A stretch of DNA of 24,112 nt from a virus (taxonomy: Duplodnaviria > Caudoviricetes), in the IMG/VR virus record IMGVR_UViG_3300006879_000851, positions 1 through 24,112 of that record. One strand, written 5' to 3'. The position numbers and the translations under genes were made by a program. Below the pieces are notes generated by a model. It was not told the DNA's origin and did no database searches. It saw only the letters and a list, made by a program, of their open reading frames with translations. Positions 8,256-16,517 of the stretch are shown here, piece after piece (the stretch's first letter is position 1; each line of letters opens with the position of its first letter).

Positions 8256-9023
8256 TTACGAAGCTTCTCCATCTAGTTTAGCGAATACTCTTTGAACTCT
8301 TCTGTACATCTTTCTTTTCGAATCTGATAGATCGATCTCTTCAAAAAGTTCTTCTAGAGCGTCCTCATTGTTAGTAGACTTAATAGTCTGTTCTAACTCT
8401 TCATTATTTACTGCAGCCTCAATGATTTTTCCAGTGACTTCTAACCATCCAAGAACTTCATCAATGTATGCTGTTCCATAATGTTGTCTGAACTCAATTG
8501 TTCCATATTTAACGTAAGAGCTAGGGTTTAGAGTGAAGTAACGACCATTGATCGAGTTTCTAAATTCTTCTAAAGAGCTCATTCTGTTGATACGTTCTGT
8601 AAGATATCCAATGCTCTTGCAGTAAGCGTTATTTAGACGGTGCTTTCTGATAATACTTCTGATAGCGTTTCCTTCATACTTGTTGTAAAGTTGGAATACT
8701 CTTTTTAACTGATCAATTGTTAGATCGCTCACATCATGGTGAATATGTAATCCTGTGTTTTTGTTGCATCTAACTTTTAATACGTTTCTTAGAACATAAA
8801 CAACTTTTTCAAGTTCGTCTGTACTTGTAAGAGGTGGTGAAACGATTTCCCATCCATTAGGAAGTGAACCATCATATTGAACTTTCCACTGACTATGATT
8901 GACAGCGCTTCCATAAGTAGAACCAACAGCATCAATTCCATGTTCTTGTAACGCCTCAACAATTGTTTCTCTTGATTTCTTTGTAGCAACCTCAAGCTCA
9001 ATTCCAAATTTCATTTGTCTCAT
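8256..9023 (-). CDS. Phage-type amidoligase (COOH-NH2 ligase, Amidoligase_2-like)
   Basis: FGIELE, W....DGSL, EIVSPPL, TGLHIH, RY..LN, GTIEFRQH.GT. Confidence 0.85.
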   Translation of the reverse strand: MRQMKFGIELEVATKKSRETIVEALQEHGIDAVGSTYGSAVNHSQWKVQYDGSLPNGWEIVSPPLTSTDELEKVVYVLRNVLKVRCNKNTGLHIHHDVSDLTIDQLKRVFQLYNKYEGNAIRSIIRKHRLNNAYCKSIGYLTERINRMSSLEEFRNSINGRYFTLNPSSYVKYGTIEFRQHYGTAYIDEVLGWLEVTGKIIEAAVNNEELEQTIKSTNNEDALEELFEEIDLSDSKRKMYRRVQRVFAKLDGEAS

Positions 9024-9093
9024 TTTAAATCTCCTCCGATTAGTTAGTTAGTAGTTGATTAGATAAGGTTTATATATCTCTCATCTATATACT

Positions 9094-9122
9094 ATTATAT
9101 ACAGTTTAGTAGAGTTCGTACA
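9094..9122 (-). promoter_or_regulatory. Repeat-family promoter, class I
   Basis: TGTACG(9117-9122)-17-TATAAT(9094-9099); AGATGAGAGAT leader. Confidence 0.75.
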
Positions 9123-9215
9123 TACTTTTATTGAAATAATTTGCAATATTCCGAAAACTTTTCAAATGCAAGTATGTTGAAATTAATAGATCATCTATCT
9201 TAGTAATATTTTGAA

Positions 9216-9395
9216 TTACTTAATATATCCTTTCTCTTGTAAGAATTTGTATTCTTGCTCAAATAATTCAGGGTTAGTTTTTGATAAGTGTTCAACTCTA
9301 TCTACAATATCGAATAAGTCCATTTCTTCACCAATATCTTTAGAATATTTTCTGTAAGCACTTGCTAAAGTTCCTTGTTTATTTACTAAGTTCAT
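9216..9395 (-). CDS. Small hypothetical protein (~59 aa)
   Basis: ORF downstream of tandem promoters; GGAG SD best spaced for ATG 9395. Confidence 0.65.
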   Translation of the reverse strand: MNLVNKQGTLASAYRKYSKDIGEEMDLFDIVDRVEHLSKTNPELFEQEYKFLQEKGYIK

Positions 9396-9456
9396 TTCTG
9401 TCATCTCCAATTAAGTATTTTATAAGATATGTTTTATTTCTTTACCTTATATATAT

Positions 9457-9618
9457 ATTATATCAAGTATGGAAGAGCTCGTACATACTTATTTCTAACT
9501 TTTTTCAAGTTTTTTGTGAAATATAAATTATTTGTATGTCTCTCTCATCTAATTACTATTATAAACAGTTTAGAGGGGTTCGTACATACTTATTTCTAAC
9601 TTTTTGCAAGTTTTTTGT
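9457..9618 (-). promoter_or_regulatory. Two tandem class I promoters with duplicated upstream element
   Basis: TGTACG-17-TATAAT at 9457-9485 and 9558-9586; 39-bp direct repeat (38/39) at 9479-9517 and 9580-9618. Confidence 0.75.
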
Positions 9619-9620
9619 AT

Positions 9621-9652
9621 AAAAATAAAAGAGCCTCAATTGAGACTCTTCT
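9621..9652 (-). terminator. Intrinsic terminator after the par operon
   Basis: AAGAGTCTCA-AT-TGAGGCTCTT stem followed by TTATTTTT. Confidence 0.7.
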
Positions 9653-9653
9653 T

Positions 9654-9920
9654 TTATACGAAACCACCAGTATCACCTAGTTTTTTATCGACATTATCAC
9701 TTTTCTTAGGCTCTATTTTTGTGCTATTTACTTTTTGTTCTTTAGGTTCATTATAAATAACAGTTTTCTTAGTTTCTTTTTCCTCAATATCTTTTGTAAT
9801 TAGCTCTCGAAGATACCAAGCTATTCCATTTCCATGTTTTGCATTTTCCAGGGCTTCGCATATTTCAGGGTACTTATCCCGGTTGAAGTTTATCTGGTAA
9901 AGAAAATTCTTTTTACTCAC
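9654..9920 (-). CDS. Putative ParR-like centromere-binding adaptor
   Basis: Overlaps the actin-gene stop (GTGA); strand-helix-helix N-terminus (Y.RELI..DI) and low-complexity tail. Confidence 0.65.
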   Translation of the reverse strand: MSKKNFLYQINFNRDKYPEICEALENAKHGNGIAWYLRELITKDIEEKETKKTVIYNEPKEQKVNSTKIEPKKSDNVDKKLGDTGGFV

Positions 9921-10741
9921 GAGAACATTTCCTCAAACTGATCACTGTACTTTAATAAGAGCCCGACAGAATTTGCAAAATATGTTTCTTTACCTTCAAC
10001 TTCAGGAATTGTTATTTCTTCATACCCGATTCTAGAAAGAGCTTCTTTTATTTCTGATGCTCTACCACCAGTACAAACTATCGGATATTTATAATCCAAT
10101 TGAGGAGATGCTTTAGCAACATTATTAGCTATTTCAAAGGGGTCTAAATTTATTGTTCCTCCGTTTATCGTGCTACTGTCTTCTTTACTTATTGAGCCAT
10201 TGATTAGATACAAAAAATTCGTTGTCATTGATCCAGCATCAACAATTGCACAGTTCGGTTGTTGAGAATAGTAATATGAACCGAAACCTTCTGCAGCAAC
10301 AACAATGTTACTAACTTCAAAGCTAAAAGGATTATCGTTTACATACGCTGTTCGTTTTCCATGAAAATTCTTTATGAAGTATTCCTTATCTTCTACCATA
10401 CTATCGTATGGAGATGTAAGGATTAAATTAAACTCTTTAACGTTTGTTTCTTTATAGATATAGTACAAAGAAGCTAATAGTCTTATTTGAGCTTCATGAT
10501 GCCCTTTCTTCACATTACCAAAATACATTTTATCTTCTTTCCCACTGTAGAAGTTTTTCACTTCGTCCCCTATATAATAATCAAGATTATTATACGATAA
10601 TCTTAATAAGTTATTTTCTCCTTCTAGTTCTTTGTAAGGATGAATAACTGATGAAAAAGAATTTGATACGATTTCTTGGTTAAACTGATAGCAATACTTG
10701 GTACTGAAATTTCCTACGTCTATTACTGCTGTTATTGTCAT
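9917..10741 (-). CDS. parM: Actin-like partitioning ATPase (ParM/StbA/Alp family)
   Basis: Phosphate-1 IDVGNFSTK, AEG, phosphate-2 IVDAGSMTT, adenosine TGG, FANSVGL. Confidence 0.85.
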   Translation of the reverse strand: MTITAVIDVGNFSTKYCYQFNQEIVSNSFSSVIHPYKELEGENNLLRLSYNNLDYYIGDEVKNFYSGKEDKMYFGNVKKGHHEAQIRLLASLYYIYKETNVKEFNLILTSPYDSMVEDKEYFIKNFHGKRTAYVNDNPFSFEVSNIVVAAEGFGSYYYSQQPNCAIVDAGSMTTNFLYLINGSISKEDSSTINGGTINLDPFEIANNVAKASPQLDYKYPIVCTGGRASEIKEALSRIGYEEITIPEVEGKETYFANSVGLLLKYSDQFEEMFS

Positions 10742-10770
10742 TTAACTTCCTCCTTATTGTTTCTAAATAC

Positions 10771-10838
10771 ATTATACCACTATTAAATAAAAAATCAAAT
10801 AATATATTAAATAACATATTAAATAAGAAGTAAATTAT
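10771..10838. repeat. Candidate parC centromere overlapping the par promoter
   Basis: TATTAAATAA at 10781, 10805, 10817 plus degenerate copy at 10793 (12-bp period); extended -10 TGgTATAAT at 10771-10779 on minus. Confidence 0.55.
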
Positions 10839-10907
10839 CAGTATAATTAATTTTTATCAAACTCATTTGTTTGCTCGATTACAAAATAACAGGTATAATC
10901 AAATATA

Positions 10908-10941
10908 GAAAAAGACTTATCAAATCAATGATAAGCCTTTG
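10908..10941 (-). terminator. Intrinsic terminator after sigma factor
   Basis: AAAGGCTTATCA...TGATAAGTCTTT followed by TT. Confidence 0.65.
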
Positions 10942-10948
10942 GAAGGTG

Positions 10949-11545
10949 TCAGACGATCTCTAAGTATTGTTTCTTGACAACTTTTCTTAATTTATTTCTG
11001 AATCTTACAAGACGTTGGTTTGCGGCCTGTCTTGAGATTCCATATTTTGTAGCGTAATCTTGAATTGTATTGTTTTCTCGATCGAATAGAATTTTTAACA
11101 TTTCTTGTTCTTCTTGTTTTGTATTCTTATGAATTATGTCCAGTAATTCATAAGTATTCAAACCGTCCATTGAAGAGTCATCGATTGAAAACATATCTTC
11201 TAACTTGAGATCGTCGTCACCGTGTGTAGCGTTCATTGAAAGCAATCCGTTGTGCTGATTCTTTTTAGAGTACTTATAGAATGTGGCATTTCTAACACCT
11301 TTCATAAGTTTGTAGTGAAGATACGTTGTGAAGCAATATCCTGTTGATGGATCGTAAGCTTCAAATCCTCGCCATAACTCAATTTCTAATTCTTGTCTGA
11401 AATCATCTTCTTCTACTTGATTGTAAACAAATTTGTTATTTGCTTTTCTCATTGCTCTGATCACCATCGGTGTGAATTGTTCTCTTACCTCCTCAAAATT
11501 CATTTCTCTTGTAGTTCCGTCCGAAAAAATAATTTCTTTAATCAT
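10949..11545 (-). CDS. Sigma-70 family alternative RNA polymerase sigma factor
   Basis: Region 2 (EEDDFRQE..I.LW....YDP..G..FTTY) and region 4 HTH (TIQDYATKYGISRQAANQR); GGGGGA SD favours ATG 11545. Confidence 0.85.
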   Translation of the reverse strand: MIKEIIFSDGTTREMNFEEVREQFTPMVIRAMRKANNKFVYNQVEEDDFRQELEIELWRGFEAYDPSTGYCFTTYLHYKLMKGVRNATFYKYSKKNQHNGLLSMNATHGDDDLKLEDMFSIDDSSMDGLNTYELLDIIHKNTKQEEQEMLKILFDRENNTIQDYATKYGISRQAANQRLVRFRNKLRKVVKKQYLEIV

Positions 11546-12007
11546 GATGCATGTTTCCCCCAAATACTGTATTTTTATTTGTCTCTTTTATTTTTGTATC
11601 TATGTTTATATAAATGTAAACTAAAAAAAGAATAATTTCTTTAATATCTTTTTTACTTAAAGTGTTTATTTACATCTCACTTATACAATTTTATCTTGGT
11701 GAGCATCTACCGAACATATACCAAAAGTAACCTTTTTCATCCTGATACTTAGGTACTAGAGTGTTTTTTTTGGGGGTAATTCTTTTTATGTATTTGCAGA
11801 TGAAGAGACTCAACCCTTAGATATATTGAAAATTCGAAGAAAAACTAAGAAGTAAAACAATATTAAAGGTATAAAGAATTGATCGAATATATCGCCTGTT
11901 CTTTGTAAAAAATATAGCAAATTAAATTATGTCGACTTTATCTATTATATATATAAAAATTAAAAAATCTAGAGTTACGGTTAAAATAATAAAATAAGTA
12001 TTTTATG

Positions 12008-12061
12008 ACAAAAAAGGTACCACATATAGACATTTAACATAATTGGTGTCTACATATGGTA
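12008..12061 (-). terminator. 15-bp stem terminator-like hairpin
   Basis: TACCATATGTAGACA...TGTCTATATGTGGTA (two G.U pairs on minus strand) followed by CCTTTTTT. Confidence 0.6.
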
Positions 12062-12181
12062 TATAAAAATCACTAAATTCTACATATTGAACTGGAATAT
12101 TATGGACGCCTGAATTTTCGTTTAATTGACAACGTTTACCTTGACAAAAATGTGACAAATGATAAAAGTTATCATTAAGCA

Positions 12182-12343
12182 TTATATTAGAGATTCTTCA
12201 AACTTCTGTAAAGTTCTTTTTACTGCCTCTTTTCGGGCCTTGTCAAATATAGCTTTAACTTGGCTGTAGTCCATTTTCTTATACCATTCTTCTGGGTAAG
12301 GGTACATCAGTAATAGCTTCTCAATCATTTCATGCTTTCTCAT
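12182..12343 (-). CDS. Small protein (53 aa) below ORF-track cutoff: MRKHEMIEKLLLMYPYPEEWYKKMDYSQVKAIFDKARKEAVKRTLQKFEESLI
   Basis: GGAGA SD 7 nt before ATG 12343; TAA at 12182-12184. Confidence 0.65.
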   Translation of the reverse strand: MRKHEMIEKLLLMYPYPEEWYKKMDYSQVKAIFDKARKEAVKRTLQKFEESLI

Positions 12344-12396
12344 ATTATTGTCTCCAATCATTATAGAATTATTTAGTCATAAGAAGAAGAGAAGCC

Positions 12397-12951
12397 TCAA
12401 CTTCTCCTCTTTAAACATTCATCATTTTGAACTTCTTCAATTATTCGATTGTCTAAAAGTTTTTTCATTATTCCACACTTTTCGACATTCCTCTTACATA
12501 AAGAGCAATTGTTCTCAATAAACTTATCTAAGTGAGATTGATTATCGAAGATCCCAATAGCTTCACTTTCATAGATTTCAATTTCTAAACGAGGATTTTT
12601 ATTATCCAAGTAAAGTCTGTCTGCTGATGGTAGAACTACGTCATCATCATAGTAAGCTCCTGCATCAGCAAGTACGTCTAATGGAACCTTGAAAAAGTTA
12701 TTCGGGTCTTTTCTTTTTCGATCAAGATAGAAAGTTATTTTCACATGTATTAGCTTTCCTTTTTTAGGTTTAATCCATCCTTGGTTCTTTATTTCTTCTT
12801 TGACATAATCTTCAAAGAAAGCATTAAACTCTTTTGTTTCTGGGGATGGATAAACCTGTACGTATCGTTTATTTCCACTTGCTGCAACACGATACTTCAA
12901 GTATCTGTTAACGCTCGGTGGGAGTGGTGATGTTAGTTTTAATATTTTCAA
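12397..12951 (-). CDS. rusA: RusA-family Holliday junction resolvase
   Basis: LPPSVN.Y, D.NN..K...D.L..AG...DD, D.KNPR.EI.I; Cys-rich C-terminal extension. Confidence 0.85.
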   Translation of the reverse strand: MKILKLTSPLPPSVNRYLKYRVAASGNKRYVQVYPSPETKEFNAFFEDYVKEEIKNQGWIKPKKGKLIHVKITFYLDRKRKDPNNFFKVPLDVLADAGAYYDDDVVLPSADRLYLDNKNPRLEIEIYESEAIGIFDNQSHLDKFIENNCSLCKRNVEKCGIMKKLLDNRIIEEVQNDECLKRRS

Positions 12952-13795
12952 ATAGTTTCTCCTTTATGAAACCTTGAATAATATTAGTAATGTCTTCGAC
13001 TTCATGCTCAGATATAATTAAATCAACTTTTTCTTCTAAGCCAGCAAAATCTTCCTCGTCTGCTTTGATTCGTCGGTTGAATTCTTTTTGGTCGTCGCCT
13101 CTGACTAACCCTCGAAGTTTTCTTTGAGACTCATCAGGAGATAAATATATTCCAATAACTTTATCTTTTCCGAGGTCTTCAATTAAGTCTTTATACCCTT
13201 GTGGATCAGTGACCGAGATTGCTACTCTGTTGTTATCTTTAGCTTTAGAAATTTTTCTTAGTAAATCAGAACGGCGAATTCCGTAACTCCATTTTTCGTT
13301 GTTTGCTGAATAAAAATGTCGAACGGCCAATAAAGAATCTACCATCTCTAAGTCTTCGAATTCTTCTCTAGAACAAAAATCATAATCAGAAACAATTCTT
13401 TCTCCGTTTCTTCTTGGACGTGTCGTTACAGATTTTACTTTTACATGACCTTCTTTTGTTAGGCAGTGTAGTTGGGTGCTTTTTCCAGAACACGTTTTTC
13501 CTAGTAAAACAACAAGTTTTCCATCAGTTTTACTTTCTATAGAAAGATTTTTATGTGCTTCTTCTAAATCGTGGGAACTAAATGGTCCATCGATCTTGTG
13601 AAGAAGTGTTCCGTTATCATCTACAAAAACAATTGTGTGCCATCTTTCTACTCCGTACTCTACCAATAGAAAAGGATTCAATTCAGCGTCGATTTCAATT
13701 ACTTCAATATTTTCAAGATTAGCCTCTGATATTTGACGTCTTTGGTACGTCAGTAGAGGGCAATCTTTTTTATAAAAATAAATAATTTTAGTCAT
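12908..13795 (-). CDS. Thioredoxin-like domain fused to guanylate-kinase-like NMP kinase
   Basis: N-terminal FY...CP / EID / YGV..T.VF.D..G Trx fold; C-terminal GKTCSGKST, TTRPRR.GE...DY.F, YG, R...RGD. Confidence 0.8.
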   Translation of the reverse strand: MTKIIYFYKKDCPLLTYQRRQISEANLENIEVIEIDAELNPFLLVEYGVERWHTIVFVDDNGTLLHKIDGPFSSHDLEEAHKNLSIESKTDGKLVVLLGKTCSGKSTQLHCLTKEGHVKVKSVTTRPRRNGERIVSDYDFCSREEFEDLEMVDSLLAVRHFYSANNEKWSYGIRRSDLLRKISKAKDNNRVAISVTDPQGYKDLIEDLGKDKVIGIYLSPDESQRKLRGLVRGDDQKEFNRRIKADEEDFAGLEEKVDLIISEHEVEDITNIIQGFIKEKLFENIKTNITTPTER

Positions 13796-13797
13796 TG

Positions 13798-14910
13798 TTA
13801 GTATTCCTCCGATGATTCAATAATTTTGTTTAACTCTTCAATAGCTTCAACAGGAATGAAAGCTTCATGCTTTAAAAGCCAATCCGATACTTGCTCTTTC
13901 AAGCTCTTGGTAGGAATATATACTTGAGAGTCAAATCTCGAACTTCCAGTAACAACATTTTTAAATACTTCTGAAACGATAACAGCGTTTCTCATTTTGT
14001 CTACTCTCTTTTTATCTTCTTCACTTGAGATAGGAACTGAATTTGGTCCATATTTTTCAATAAAGAAATCAAAAGCTCGTTCCTTGATTTCATCAGAGTT
14101 TTTACTAGAAGTTAATCGATGACTAATGTACTGAACTTCTCTAGAGTTCTCCACTAACAATTCAATAATTTTGCTAGAATGCTTGGTAGCGTCAACTTCT
14201 GACCATAATCTTGACGTTTCCCAAGTAAGATCGAATTCTCGAACTGTTTTTCTATCCCTGTCTAAATCTAGCAAATCAGGTGGAAGATTATATCCATATT
14301 TGAACCCCTCCATAGAACTAACGTATAGTCCGTTTACGAAAAGCTTTCCTCGATGTCTTTCATCAGTAAGTATTTCACAGTCTCCAGATTGGATAGATTC
14401 ATAGTTTTCTTGTAAAAATAGAATTGACTCTTTTATTTTTACTACATCACTTGAACTAACGTTTTCAATTTGAATTCGTAAGTTATTATCCGGAACCTTT
14501 GACCAAATATGTTTTCTGTCGACATCCACAACTAAAAGTTTTGATTGGTATCTCTTAGAGTTGATAAATTTTGGTCTCCACACTTCTCTTGCTCCATAGT
14601 TATAGATTGTTACGTTTTTGTTTAATCGAGTTAAAACAAGTAAAGCAATTTTGTAGCCTTCTCCGTATTTTCCTATTAAAGATTCGTCTTCTGTTTTTGT
14701 TGAAGAACCTAACAATAGTGAAGTTGTAGTTAAAACTGAGGACTTATTTCCAAGAGTGAATACCTTATCTAAAGAGTTATAATTCCAAAACATTTCATTG
14801 CCCTCACTGGAACTTTGATCAACTGCGTTTTGAAATAATTCTCGAAAAGCTTCTACAATTCCCCAATCAGGAACATAATCAGGTGTTAAACTTAGTTCAT
14901 ACCTAGCCAT
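13798..14910 (-). CDS. GHKL/HATPase-family ATP-binding protein
   Basis: RELFQNAVD (motif I), LLLG.S.K, IGKYGEGYK (G-box), LD.DR. Confidence 0.7.
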   Translation of the reverse strand: MARYELSLTPDYVPDWGIVEAFRELFQNAVDQSSSEGNEMFWNYNSLDKVFTLGNKSSVLTTTSLLLGSSTKTEDESLIGKYGEGYKIALLVLTRLNKNVTIYNYGAREVWRPKFINSKRYQSKLLVVDVDRKHIWSKVPDNNLRIQIENVSSSDVVKIKESILFLQENYESIQSGDCEILTDERHRGKLFVNGLYVSSMEGFKYGYNLPPDLLDLDRDRKTVREFDLTWETSRLWSEVDATKHSSKIIELLVENSREVQYISHRLTSSKNSDEIKERAFDFFIEKYGPNSVPISSEEDKKRVDKMRNAVIVSEVFKNVVTGSSRFDSQVYIPTKSLKEQVSDWLLKHEAFIPVEAIEELNKIIESSEEY

Positions 14911-14957
14911 TTTACTTGCCTCCTAATAGTTAAAGGGGAAATTAATCCCCTTTATTT

Positions 14958-15572
14958 TTAAATACTGTCAATAACGATTTTTGACCAATTTTCTAGTCGT
15001 CCATAAAGTTCAGGCTTTCTTAAATCTTCGATCTTTATGAAATCCCCTTTTAGCTCTTCAGTTTCTTTTACGCTAATCTGAGTATCTTCTGGAACTTCAA
15101 TTTTAGTTAGTAATCCAATATGAACTTCTCCAACTTCGTCAGAATCGTCATTAATTAGACCAATAATTTTTAAGTCGTTTCCGATAGAAGAAGAAATATT
15201 TAACTCTTCATTTAGTTCTCGAGTTAAATTGATGAGCGCTTGCATCTTGAACTCTTGATGGGGAATGTAATTCATATGACCGCCAACACCGACTGAAAGT
15301 TTAGAGTGAAGTCTTGTTTCTCCAGCTCCTTTTAGTCTTTCATATACGAACATTTCATCTCCACGAGTGATGAAAGCATATGGGATAGGTTGCTTAAACT
15401 GAGGGTCTTCTTCAGCCGTACCACGTCTCAATTCGAAGAAACTTCCAGAAATGTTAGACATGATCGTATTGATTACATCTTCATTTGTTTCGACTCCTTG
15501 GAATTCTAGTGAATTATTTTCAAATACTTCTTTTCTTGGTGCTACAATAATAATTTCATCCATTTTTGACAT
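14958..15572 (-). CDS. NUDIX-family phosphoesterase
   Basis: AEEDP.FKQ.IPY, E.RLH...S.G.GGH, REL.EE, GLINDD...VG.VH.G. Confidence 0.85.
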   Translation of the reverse strand: MSKMDEIIIVAPRKEVFENNSLEFQGVETNEDVINTIMSNISGSFFELRRGTAEEDPQFKQPIPYAFITRGDEMFVYERLKGAGETRLHSKLSVGVGGHMNYIPHQEFKMQALINLTRELNEELNISSSIGNDLKIIGLINDDSDEVGEVHIGLLTKIEVPEDTQISVKETEELKGDFIKIEDLRKPELYGRLENWSKIVIDSI

Positions 15573-15593
15573 TGTTTTTCCTCCGATAACTTT

Positions 15594-15875
15594 TTAGTAC
15601 ATAATGTATGGTTGACCATTTTCATCAATCTTTTGGTCATAGAAATTGTCTTCTTTAGCTTCGATATCGTAGATCAGAATAGCGATTGAATTTTTGTTAA
15701 GGTTCTTTCCAACCCCGATTACTCTTGTTTCATAAATTCTTTTTCGTATTTCATTATGAAACTCTTTAAGATCAGTTAAACTTTCAGTTCGATCTTGGGT
15801 TAGAATGAATTCTTTTAAACTTTCCTCAACCTGAGAAATGTACAAGATTGGGTGTACTTTTCTTTTATTGCTCAT
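15594..15875 (-). CDS. Hypothetical protein (93 aa)
   Basis: TGATG coupling with upstream ORF; GGAGG SD. Confidence 0.7.
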   Translation of the reverse strand: MSNKRKVHPILYISQVEESLKEFILTQDRTESLTDLKEFHNEIRKRIYETRVIGVGKNLNKNSIAILIYDIEAKEDNFYDQKIDENGQPYIMY

Positions 15876-16084
15876 CAGTCAACCTCCATTAATTCTGCCT
15901 CTGTATAATACTGAGTCGTGATAACAACCACGTAATAGTCGATTCCTTTACGAGTCTTTTTTGTTAGAGAAGATGACTTCACGTAGTCTCCAAGTTCTTT
16001 TTTCTTTTCTTTCAAGAAAGATTCTGCCTCTAAAAGAGTTGTAGCTAAATATTTTTTTGTTTCTGAAAGTACTGTTACTGACAT
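15875..16084 (-). CDS. Hypothetical protein (~69 aa)
   Basis: GGAGG SD before ATG 16084. Confidence 0.7.
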   Translation of the reverse strand: MSVTVLSETKKYLATTLLEAESFLKEKKKELGDYVKSSSLTKKTRKGIDYYVVVITTQYYTEAELMEVD

Positions 16085-16104
16085 GTTTGTTTCCTCCAAT
16101 TGTT

Positions 16105-16470
16105 TTATAGGTTTTCGTATTCTAAGACTAATTTGTTCATTTCCGGGTCTTGATAGGCGATTCTTTTGAACAAAGAAAGCTCTTCAAGTTCAATTCTTCT
16201 AGCTCTCATCTTCTCTAGAATTTGCTCTTTTCTAGCTGATAAACTAGATTCGCTTTCTTTTAATCTGAGAATTCGGGCTTTAATATTTTTTTGTACCATA
16301 TGTTCAGGTAAGTAGTTGGCAAATATAGCATTTCCTTCTCCACTTGGATTAGAGTTAGAGGTTACAATTACTTTATCTCCTCTCTTTAAGTTAGAGAATC
16401 CGTTAGTTAAGAATGTGTAAGTTTTTTCTGGACTTGATTTAAAGTAGACTTGTGCGTATTTTTCAACCAT
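16105..16470 (-). CDS. Hypothetical protein, paralog of the adjacent ORF
   Basis: ATCGGAGG SD before ATG 16470; shares V.F...P.K.Y.FLT, L.RG..V.V and A..DP.M with 16518-16889. Confidence 0.75.
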   Translation of the reverse strand: MVEKYAQVYFKSSPEKTYTFLTNGFSNLKRGDKVIVTSNSNPSGEGNAIFANYLPEHMVQKNIKARILRLKESESSLSARKEQILEKMRARRIELEELSLFKRIAYQDPEMNKLVLEYENL

Positions 16471-16517
16471 TATAAATTCCTCCGATTTTTTAGTAGTTGA
16501 GGTCAAGCTAAAGGGAA

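Noticed and set aside
11761-11820. Short hydrophobic plus-strand peptide (VFFLGVILFMYLQMKRLNP) as a type I toxin or signalling peptide
   Set aside because: No SD before the GTG, very short, and no cognate receptor or antitoxin evident
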